Positions 52,808 through 64,000 of a stretch of 64,000 nt of DNA are shown here, piece after piece (position 1 is the stretch's first letter; the number at the start of each line of letters is the position of its first letter). Source of the stretch: Paramecium tetraurelia (Eukaryota); NCBI GenBank assembly GCA_000165425.1, contig CT868652.1:186001-250000 (forward strand), given 5' to 3'. The notes under the pieces are model-generated. The model was not told where the DNA came from, searched no databases, and saw nothing but the letters and a program-made list of their open reading frames with translations. The translations under genes and the position numbers were made by a program.

Positions 52808-55446
52808 ATGAGTATTATGAAACAAATATCTGATTCAAATGAATAGAACAGAGATCTCCATCCCAATGGTCCAAGATTGAAATTTGATTAAGATGAATTA
52901 CAAAAATTCCAATTCTAATAAATAGACTCCAACTCATCTTTGCCTCCAAATAAAATGAAAAATACTACCCATTGTGAGTCCACAATTCTCAAATAAGAAA
53001 TAAGCAAATAGGTATGCATGCCATCTCCTTTTTACAGTTGACAAGAAAAAGAAGATCTGAATTTAAGATTGGTTTATATCGAACAAGTTTCCTAAGGACA
53101 ATCAATAGAAATTCCCTTGTTCAAAAGTTCAAAAACATTCTCCTCATGCGTTCCTATGTGTTGAGTAAAGAAAATAAGTATCTTTTACATCAAGATTGGT
53201 GGCAAAGACAAACTAAAAGTAAAAATGCATCATAATTTAAGGAAATCAATATACTCATAGTCGCATCCCATTCATTATCTCAGGTAGTCATGTTTCAATC
53301 ATTTTAACCATATGGTCTCTCTTCATTCAGATAGTCACTTTATGGATTACACCTTTTATGATCTCATTTTAATGGGAAACTTCAATTTTCTAAGTCCTCT
53401 TTATTATTATTATATTTTAAGTCTTTTTTGATGTTTTTATCAAAATCAATAGTCCATTAATCGTAAATGGAGAAACCTTATATGATAAGACTGAAAGAAT
53501 TAAGGATTTCCTTAAAAAGAACTTATTTGAAGATCTAATATATATCTTCACCCTAATCATTTCATTTTTTCCAATTTTCGATAACATTCAGTTGCAAGGC
53601 GCCTTTTGTATCATTATCATTTTCATTTCTTACAAAAAGCTTAATCAAAATTACGAAAGCCTGTATGACATCCTTTACTTGAAGGGACAATACCATTATG
53701 CAATTGATGTCATATAACTCACTATTTTGATCTTTTCATATGCCCATCTTATGGCATGCATTTGGCATTATGTAGGTGAAATTACCATAGAGCAAGGCCA
53801 ATCTTGGTTGATTTAACGTAACCTGTAAAACGGGGCAATTTGGGAGAAGTATAACACTTCATTTTATTGGGCAACCATGACTATGTCTACTGTAGGCTAT
53901 GGAGACATAACACCTACTAATCAATTCGAAACCTTGGCAGCTAATTTAATGATGATTCTCTCTAGTTGTATGTTCGGCTATTCAATTAGTCAAATTGGAA
54001 TGATCCTCAAGAGTCAATATGAAGTCTAGTAAAAATATAAGTAATTATTCTACTTCTATTTTTAGGCGATCTATTATAATTATGAATGCGTTTATGAAGA
54101 ATAGTTAAGTTGATTTGTAAATTCAGAGTAGAATCAGAAACTATCTCAAATATTAGTGTGAAAATGAAGCTAATGAGAATAAGGATGATATCAATAAAAT
54201 TATAGCTGATCTACCAATAGGCTTAAAACAGGAACTCGTCTAAGATGTTCAGATGAACATTATGAAGAAGATTAAGATTTTAAATAACTAGTTCTCGTAA
54301 TCTACTCTTAAACAACTTTCTCAGTATTTAATAGAATTTAAATTTACTCCAGGAGATGTCATATATCACAGAAATGATTTAAATGACCAAAGTCTCTATT
54401 ATATACAAGAAGGAATTGTTAATATTTATGAAGAAAATAGTCAAAAACTATTATAATCTTTAAAAGCTGGGGAAACATTTGGTGAATATTAATTCTTCTC
54501 TGGATTTTAATCAAAAACATCAGTTAAAAGCCAGGGGTTTACCAAAATATTTAAAATTAATCGTTCATCGTTATTGTAGTTATTAAACTAAAACTCTAAA
54601 GATTTTCAAAGATTTCATCACATTAAAGACAATATTATTTTTAATTAGAATTTCTAAATTGTTTAAAAATCCTGTAATTACTGTAAAATGGCTGATCATC
54701 TTAATATTGATTGTCCACTTCTATCATACAAGCCAGACATCTTGCAGAGAATCAAGAAGGCTGATTTAAGACCATCTATATAATAAAGGCATTTTATCTA
54801 GAGAAACAATGAGAAAGTGCGATGTTTAATGATGCATTCAGCAATTAAAGATACTGTTGAAGAATACAAAGCGAACCTTTCTAATACTTAACTTGATGAT
54901 ATTGACATGAAGTTATTTTCAACTTACGCTACAAAAGATTTCAGTAGCCATGGTTAAAAAGAATCTCTATTAGATAAATAATTAACTAGGCCTCCTCCAG
55001 TTCCACCTTTAAAGAAAAACAGTTCCTTCTTGATCAGATAGAGAAATTAAACTTAACAGAAGAAGGTTGGGATTTTTTTAAATTTAAAATCAGTCTATAG
55101 AGATTCTGATAGGCAATTGAAATCTGAGTCTGAAGATGATCAACTAAATAATTCACCCAAAAATTAAACTTCACAATAATTTCAACTTGATTTTAATGAC
55201 TTATAAATGAATTAATTTGACGATTAATTTCAAACAACTAATTTCAATATCGATAGATTAATGAATTACTTTGGTTATATGCCTACATCCAACGTGATTT
55301 ATGCTTTGAGGAAGTACGAAAGACTCTATAAATATCAAAAAGTTAAGACAATTAATTATCATGAATCAGAACCAAGGAAATTTAGCATTCCCTTGTATTA
55401 TAGTAGAAGGGATTCAATGAATGAATTGTTGAAAGAAAAGTTTTGA
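52808..55446 (+). CDS. Second CNBD-type K+ channel
   Basis: HLMACIWHY, pore YWATMTMSTVGYGDITP, RIRNYLKY, CNBD GETFGEYQFF; introns near 53012, 53219, 54041. Confidence 0.92.
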
Positions 55447-55472
55447 GTAAATAATGAATTAAATATATTAAA

Positions 55473-57042
55473 ATGTTTAATAAAAAATTTAAAAAACAAG
55501 GTTCTATTTCATTTCATGATCAAGAAGCCAAAGAATAAAAGAGTAATACTAATGCAACTAATATAAATTAAAAAAAATAGACTCAAAATTGCTTAAGTTT
55601 TGAGGAGGATCAAAATTTTGATTTAACTAAAAAATATGTGAAAGTAGACAATTAACCAGTAGTGGACACTCGCATTGATGTAATCTTATTGGAGAATTAC
55701 CAGTATTTAAAGGAGTTGGAGGAAGAGAATAGGTTGAATAATTATTTAACAAAAAAGAGTTTAGAAAATGTAGAGGAAATCAATATAGTAGATTTAGAAA
55801 ACGATGGAATATATGAAGATGATCAATAAGTAAGGAGAAATAAAAAATAGCAAAATGTTATTATAATAGATGAAACAGATAATAATTTAATCACAGATAT
55901 GGATGATAGGAGAATGAATATGATAGGAATAGCCAAATAGGAAAAGCTGTTCTATGAGCATAATTCAGATGATGAAGAATTCAATAGATTTGAGAAAAAC
56001 ATCATTAAATCTAATACTGTTTCATATGATTATGCAAACAATGGTTTTAAGTCATTCAAATTTAATGACTCCTAATAAATGCACTATTGTAGTTTTCTTG
56101 ATAACTTCTCATAAATAAATTTGGAATCAATAATTGGAAACTTGTAAACACTTATCTCCTAAGAAATATTCAAAAAAGACAAATTATAAAAAGAAGTTGA
56201 AAGATCCACCTAAGCACTATAGTCAAGTGAAATGCTGATAAAAACATGGCTAGAATAAAATTAAGAACTATCTAAGCAATTAAGAGAATTTGAATTAGTT
56301 AATGAATACTTCCAATGTTTTAATGATATGATAAAATAAAAGGTAAAATTATATAAGGTATCCCTAGATACCAACTCTTTTCAAACTTTATGATGAATTT
56401 GAGGAAATGCATCATGAATATTATAATTTGATTGAAGCAAGAATTTAAGAATAAGAATTGAAATTTTCTTATTTATTTTAAGGATTACCAAATGAAATTA
56501 TTCTCAACTATGCAAAAGATATTTGCTTACATATGAATGATGTAGATGAAGAGTACTTAGATTTAGAGAAGATTTGTGAAAATTACTTTAATATGATGTT
56601 TGTTGTACCAAATGCGAAGGTCTTATAACCAATCTTTGATTATCACATTTTATTGAGATTTATTGAATTGTATTGCGAAAACATGGATGATTGTGAATCC
56701 GATTTATTTGAGGGTTTAGTCTCTGACAAATCCTTACTATGCTAGTTAATAATGTAGTGCAGGTTCATAAAAGGATTATTAACATTAAATCCTGTTCAGA
56801 CCAAATTTATTCAACAATTTTTTAGATCAATCTTAAAACATACCTATTAGTTTTTAAAATAATCAAATACAGAGGAAGCACAATAATGCTTGAATTATAT
56901 TAAATCATTGCTTGATTCAGTTGTAAAATCAATATACAAAAAATCCTGTGCTTATGGACCATAAATAGTTGAATACTTACATTTGATGAAAGATATTCTA
57001 CCTAAAGATACACTTGAAAAACTAGTTAAAACTTTTTAATGA
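55473..57042 (+). CDS. Protein of uncertain function, weakly resembling the GCFC2/PAXBP1/Ntr2 family
   Basis: Open frame with one intron ~56358; N-term SISFHDQE, acidic NSDDEEFNRFEKNIIK, coiled coil, helical C-term; family call is by resemblance only. Confidence 0.5.
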
Positions 57043-57171
57043 ATTAAAGTTATTGAGTGTTTTATATCAATTATTCTTAAAACTTAAAATTTAAATTTTT
57101 TTTGGTTTACTTTTCTAAAAACGCAATAGAATTTTAAATAGATATTAAATATCAGAGAATATGTATTAGAA

Positions 57172-60100
57172 TCATTTATTAATTATTTTACATTGAATGA
57201 GTTGAGCTCTTATTATTTTATATCGATCTATTGTATTATTTGAAAAGTATCTTTTGTAGAAACAGCGGACTTCCAAAATTATTTGTAACAACTAATCAAA
57301 AAAGCTTAATTCAAATAGGACTATGAATAGTATCAAAGTAAAAGTAAAAGAACACGATCTAGAGTTAAATATAAAAATACAAGAATATTATTTCTAGTTA
57401 GGCACTGTCATCGATTTATTAGGTGTATCTTAACCCAAGAATTTTCCAAGCCTCTTAATATCCAAATCTCTAAAATTTGTTCACCTAATTCATAAAAGTT
57501 GTGTATACTTGATCAAATTCGAAGATCTTTTCTACTGTCGTGTTTTCGTAGAGCCCCTCCTCAGGATTTAATAATTGTTAGGCCATTTAGGAAAGTAAGA
57601 AGTTATAGGATTTTAATCCATATTTTAATGCCCCATTCAAATATATATCACAATATGAGAAATTAATAACTAAGGTATATATAATGAATTACTTAAATTT
57701 ATAGAGGTACATAAATCTCCATTAAATATTTCATCTATTTCATCAACATTTGTTTCGTATAATTAAGATTGTGTCTCATCATTACTAGTAATGTATCTCA
57801 ATTAAATTTCTTTATAGTGTTCGATATCTATATAAGTCTGATTGAAGAAATCATATAGAAAGAGTTCTTTGGATAAAGTTAATGATAGCAATTGTGTAGT
57901 TTCCTTAGTGAAAATATTTGAATTCAATAGATTTGACATCTAAAAATTGAATCTCATTATGTGAATAAAGTAGAAGTAGCTTAGAAATGAAATCAATGAC
58001 ATAAAAAATAGATATCTCACAATCATTACAACCTTATTTAATAAAAAAAATACTTTTATTCTTTTCCATCTCTTTGACCATTCATACTGCTTTTACTTTT
58101 ATCTCTTCAAATTACTACTCTTTTCATCTTCCTCCATTTGTCGAATGATTGTTTGATTGGTAGATTAAAAGTAATCTAAATTAATTAAGTTATTATTTAC
58201 TGTTTTATACGAAACCATTTTGATTGCTGATGCAAGAAAACTAAAATTTTAGATTTAAATAGAATTTTATTGCTTCTTCCACTTATGTTTTTTCAATACA
58301 AGATAATTGTTTAGCAACTTTCTACAGGTAAGAAATATCATACCTAGCATTGTGTAATGAGTCCAAGGATGTTGAAAATGTTGTAGATTAAATAAAATCC
58401 AAACATTGCTGTTGATGCCATTATTATAGTGAAGCATATTTAATCTTGGGTTTCGTATGTTAGAGCAAGGTTGTCAATTATTTAAAATATGTTTCGACTT
58501 TGATAATTAAATAGGAAGGGTATAAATATGGTTCTAAAGAAATCTAGCGATTAATCAAAATCATAGTATTGATCTATCGACTAAAGATTTCCAATATTTG
58601 AAGTGTATTAATTTATTAAATCAATCATACTTTAGTTGTTATCAAAATTTTTAGATCTGTAGACTTTTTATATAAAACTTGGCTATTCATATAAATTTTT
58701 TATTTCAGATAACTGATTATTGAAACTGCTTTGTAAGTCTTGATAGAATTCAGATTAGTTTTTAATTTAACCTAGGATATTACTTTAACAATAAAATGCA
58801 TTAAGCAACTTGTCATACGATTCAATCATGATATTAAGAAAATCATATTACTTCTTAGCACTTTAAAACTTTGATAATATAATCGTATACCCCTAATTCA
58901 TCTATTTCTAATTAATTAATATTAGGACCCTAATACAAAACAATAAGGTTAAATATAATTAAGAAGACTATGAAAATTCTATTTAGAATCTTAAAAAAGT
59001 TGAGTTACATATCTCGCTTAGCAGGTTTATTGTTTTCTTCTTTAATAAAAATATTATTTTGCGTCTTGAGACTCAACGTAGTTATTTTTTAAGTATTGAA
59101 ATCAGACAGCACTTGGTCTTCAGACATGAATGCCCTATTTGTGGTGTTTCGATATGATTCTACTTCAGAATTTTACACTAGCATAAAATAAAATTTAACC
59201 ATTTGATAGTAACAACTTTTAGTAATTCTAATCAATTTGCTGTTAAAAGTTTTATTCTAGGAATAACTAAAGATGCGATGATTAATGATTCTAAAAGACA
59301 GTCTGTCTTTATCGGACTACTTAATTTTATCTATTGAGCAACTTAACAGCCTAAGTTATAAGATTAAATTGAGTTACTTTTGATTTTCTGTCTAAGGCTT
59401 AGCTTTCTATAATATTTAGATTAGTAATTTTGATTATTTGATATTTGTCCATGATTGTATTTTTAGTGAATCGTATTGAGGCTTCAATCTTAATAACCGT
59501 CTTTAACATTCTGCTAGTCATGCAATACTTTTAAAAGCTGGTTTCTAAATATCGATAAATAATTTACTAAAGTGATTATATAGGGTTTCATAGTAGTGTT
59601 CTTAATATTAAAACAGTTTAGAAAAGAGGATCTTCTTATCAAATATAAGTTTACCGGCAGAATTTCTTTTTACAATTCTCTAATTTTTAATTTTATTTGA
59701 TTTGATTGTTATTTGATCCAAGCCATTCAAAAATATTTCTTATTTGATTTGGGCATACTCCTCAATCAAAGGTTAGATCTTTTTTGGCAAACGAAAGGTT
59801 AGTTTAACATGATCTTCATCAATCACCTTATGAAATCTTCTAAATAATTAATCTTTCTCTTCCTATTGATCTTCATGCAAGGCATCATTTATCCAAAGTG
59901 GACTTTCCTCTACATTTTTTGAATCATCTTCTAAAACCATGCTTACAAGATCTTAAGTCTCCTATGGCTAAACATACTAATTTTTGTAGTTGGTTGGAAC
60001 AATGGTAATTTTCTTATTTGTGAATTTGGCATCTACGATTGAATCTTGATTTGTATTATCATTTTTAGCTCTTTTTAATTTAAACAATTGAAGATCTTCT

Positions 60101-62538
60101 TCAGTCAGAAATTATGAATAATACGAATATTTTAACAATTTTGGACATAGTAAAAATAAGCACAAACCTGGCTATAGAAGGTCTGCAATTTATTCTGATA
60201 CACAATCAATCTCCCAGTCGCTATTAACCAAAATGTAACTGACACTTTAATGTCTATAAATTGGTCTAATCATACAGATATATTCAATTTGAGAAAGTGG
60301 ACTTACATGCCATTTCAAATACTTTTTGCATGGTATGAGATACTTTTCATTATTTAAGGCTAAAACCTTTCTCTTCTTGTATAAGGATTTGCTTTTACCA
60401 GTTTAAACAAATTGATCAACGCCAATTTAATGATTTCTAATGATAGTTACTGGCAGTAATTGGCTTATGTTATTAAATTGTTAAAATCCAAAAATGTCAT
60501 AAGTGGATTCACTTACATTAACTATTTGTCCAGATTGAGTAGTGTGGAAGATTGCTGATGTGTAATTGAAAGGTTTGAAATAGGATAATTAATCAATTTA
60601 ATTTTAATTGTCTGAACCTGAATCTTCATCAACTGGTTGTTGTATCATATTTTAAGAATCACAATATTCCAACATGGACTATTTGATTTTTTTATTGAGA
60701 ACATACAAATGATACCAATTATTAACAAATTACCATTTAGGTCTTCTTGTTAGATAGTTCTTGACAATTTATTTATCTCTGTTTATTATCTTGTACTTGC
60801 TTATTTGACTCCACAGTTCATCTGATTTTTAGATGGTCATAATAATTTACTCATTCAAATTCCATAGATCCTACTCATAAATTACTTTTTATTTGACCTG
60901 TCTCCAAAATTTGATGCTAAATTCAAGAAAGTTAAGGATATTCTATTCTATGGACTTCATAATTTATTCCATCTTGACGACATATTCAAAATCTGAATCA
61001 TTTTTATAGCTTAAACTATTGTTATCAATAATTTCATTTTTAAATTAAAGTTCTATTTTACTTAAGTCATAGTCTTATAATAGGTTCAATTTGTAAGTGC
61101 GAGTTAATTTCAGTTGTATTTGAGATTATATTTGATTATTCATTTGATAATATAGAAATACGGCATAATTCATTCTGATTTTGACGTCTTGAGGATGATA
61201 AAATAGATAAATTTCATACCAAGTTTTAATTAGATATTTCAAATATAGAGTTTTCTGTCTCAACATTGAAAACTAAATATTTTTGATGTCCTTATGTTTC
61301 TTTGGATCATAGAGACTTCTCATCATACAAAAACATCTTTCCTTTTTTTCTTAAGGACATGGATTTGAGAAGTGTTGAAATATAATACCCAAATAGAATG
61401 AATCAGCTTAGCCAAATTCATGATTAAGGTGGATCTAATTTGCAATTTACTTCAAATTAAAGATTTTTTGAATCAAATGATCTCCATCCAAAGCAGGTTA
61501 ACAAATATGTTGTATTTACTGGTTGAAATAAAATTAGTTGAAAATCCATATGATTAAGCCAACACTCACAATACTAATTGTAATTGAATTGTCGCTTTTT
61601 GTAATGTTGAAGTGAATGGAAATTGAATTTATTGCTAGACCTATGGATATGCCAAATAGGGAGAATGTAAATAATTTAAACACTTGTCTCACATTTCGAT
61701 TTGCGATAAACAACTTGAAATCACTTATCTTGAACAGAAAACAAGCTATGCAGGTTGATAGAAAAAGATAAATTAAAATTGTAACCTATTTTACTTTCAA
61801 TACTTACATGCAATTCTTAACTCATGCCTGGGAATGCCAACTAGATGTTCAACAAAATTCTGAAGAGTTCCAAATATAACAATATAGACCTAGATCCACT
61901 AGATAAGGTATCTTTCTTGATGGAATGATGATTGATAAAAAATAGGATCATTACATTTTGAGATATGAATCTCAGGAACACAAAGCAACTTGAAAGGATT
62001 TATTGAATTTGAGTGCCTATCGCAATATTTAGACAATTATTATTAGTTGAACAGTAGACTATGTTTAAATAAACGAGCTAAGAGGGTTAACATGTGATCC
62101 ATTAATCTATCAATAAAAGTTAGGTTAATATCTAAATTATGAATAATTAAAACTTTAGCACTTGACTAATCTATCAAATTCTTCTTGTTTTGATATTTCA
62201 CCTAGTAGTAGCATATTCCATAAAGTGTGTATGTCACAATGCACTGAGTTGATAACCACCAAAACAATATTTATATTATTATTTGATTTTCTAAAATCAC
62301 GCTATTGATATCTAAGTATTTGATTAGACTGATGATCTGAGAAGATTAGGAAAATTATAAATCAGGGTAATGATAAGTAATGATTACATAATATCTAGCA
62401 TTCTACACATTAATCTTACTTTGAAAAAATCCCGCTTATTAACTGACAGAAAGTAATTGTAATCAGCACCACTGAATAAAAATAAGAAGGACGCTTTAGT
62501 TTCCCGATATTAAAATTTACCAACAAGTGCTCCATCAT
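57172..62538 (-). CDS. Large multi-pass membrane protein with PAS domain (TmcB/TmcC-like family expanded in ciliates); start approximate
   Basis: N-terminal TM cluster; PAS-like SAIFHTTQSGQIVNVSESTYDIFGF..ISQLLPVTIIRNH..FVQTGKS..LALNNEKYLIP; C-terminal TM then FWKSAVSTKDTFQII; many short introns. Confidence 0.75.
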
Positions 62539-63521
62539 TATAATTTAAATAAATGAATGGATTATCAAATGAATCAATTAATTTAAAGTAATATATTCAT
62601 AATTACCCAGCCCTTTAATAAGTAAATAAAAAATTAAGCCCATTAATTGACTCTCTGCCATTTTCTCTTTAGATTTCTATAAACCATCGGAGGCAACTCA
62701 AGTCTAGATCAGTTATATTAACTATTATGACAAACTCCCATTGTTATTTTACTTAATATTGTTTTATTATAATTTTAAGAATAGTATAAATCTTCTTTTT
62801 TCTTTAAAATTATCATTTATGAATTTTATAATTTGAGGTTCATTATAAAAATAAACATTACATAAGAAACCTAAATTTAAAGTTAATATAAATTCTATAC
62901 ACAATTATAAAGATTAATTAATAAAAAATTTCAATATACAATAACTAATCAAGTTGGAAATCAATATGTGAGTAATTATTCCAGTAACTAATGTTCCATA
63001 TATTAATAATAAAATAAATAGAAAATGAAATCATAATTGGCTTTGATCGTTATTTGTTACATAACTATTCTTTATTTAATTAATTATGATAAGTATCCTA
63101 CATAATGGGATCTATAGAACAATTCAATTTTCATATAAATTTAAAGAGCCATTTAATTATTTTCTTAATTAATATCAGTATCCTACATAAAAGATTAAGA
63201 ATTTTTAGATAATAATCACATCGTGTCTCTTAAAGAAATAATAATAGATAGGACCAATTATAAATTAAATGATCATCAAATTATTATTCTTGCTTTTTGA
63301 ATAAAAAACAAAAGTTGTTATAGATTGTTTTTGCAATCTAATTGAGAGAAACAATGGTTTTTTATTGTTTTTTTAAAGGTACATTTCATTTTCTAATTTT
63401 GGGGAGGGTTGAATGTTTTCATGTTATTTGTGATATTCTAAGGGCAGTAGTCACGAGGACGAGTTAATGTAGCTATTTATTGGGTTTTGGATATAATTGT
63501 CAGTTTTTAATTGATTAATAA

Positions 63522-64000
63522 ATGAGCGAAACAAAATCAAAGGAGAGTTAATAACAATAGAATTTGATAATTATAGGAGGACAATATGCTTTGAAAAGTT
63601 GCATCTATCGGGGAGGGACTCATAATTTGTATTTGGGTAAGAATATGTGATATATGTTGACAGCGGTGAACAAATAGAATCCAGGGATTTACTTCGTCGT
63701 GCGATTAGTAATGTAATTAAGAGTTTAAATTTATTGTTAGTTCATTAAGCTGATAGGCTAACACAAACATAGATAGCATCTAAGAGGAGGAGAAACTGCT
63801 GAAGAAATTGAATGTTGGTATAAAAAGTAAGTTATGAATTTAAGTGACATTCATGCCAAACGTATTGGCTTCTGGGGATGTGCGTCTTCACAATATAAAC
63901 TACTATTATTAAGTATTTGACAAATATGGACCAAGTTTGAAATTGTGCTTCTAATTTGCAAATAAGAACCTTACTTTGGGGACAATCTGTATGATAGGAA
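63522..64000 (+). CDS. 5' part of a casein kinase 1-like protein with degenerate N-lobe motifs (runs off window)
   Basis: IIGGQYALKSCIYRGGTHNLYL..FVVRL..EEEKLLKKL..DKYGPSLKLCFQFANKNLTLGTICMIG, matching CK1 LGPSL..F....FSLKTV.M. Confidence 0.7.

Noticed and set aside
53215..53245. Apparent frameshift in the second K+ channel
   Set aside because: Resolved by a 23-nt intron GTAAAAATGCATCATAATTTAAG
57323..57659. Plus-strand ORF MNSIKVKVKEHDLEL..
   Set aside because: Antisense to the spliced C-terminal exons of the PAS membrane protein, which explain the sequence better
63478..63492. TTGGGTTTTGG resembling a telomeric repeat
   Set aside because: Fewer than two units, internal, no tandem array

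Overview
AT-rich, very gene-dense eukaryotic DNA that reads as a ciliate macronuclear chromosome, most likely Paramecium. The long reading frames only open under the ciliate nuclear code (TAA/TAG = Gln, TGA = sole stop) and are interrupted by ~20-35 nt GT..AG introns. The supplied standard-code ORF track is therefore mostly fragments or wrong-frame noise. Re-translating by hand gives about 33 protein-coding genes. These include an RBM5/10-like splicing factor, an H-type-lectin secreted protein, two kinesins, an IQ-RhoGEF-FERM protein, an EGF-TM-RING ligase, an acetyl-CoA transporter, BolA, a tandem-PX protein, sphingolipid delta-4 desaturase, an S10 carboxypeptidase, CWC21, Tubby, a MYND-Aurora-like kinase, DYRK, two CNBD K+ channels, eL43, a PAS/TmcB-type membrane protein and a CK1-like fragment. 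Highlights: (1) a single gene fusing eukaryote-type HMG-CoA synthase to a bacterial-type (class II) HMG-CoA reductase and a third, possibly degenerate isoprenoid-synthase-like helical domain, ending in a PTS1-like PRL and carrying one +1 indel; (2) a SelW/Rdx selenoprotein (CSGU) with a clear SECIS hairpin and a myristoylation-like N-terminus; (3) an eL43 that has lost 3 of 4 zinc cysteines; (4) a Ser-to-Ala pseudo-lipase. All translations and coordinates were derived by eye; intron boundaries and some starts are approximate and no database searches were run.
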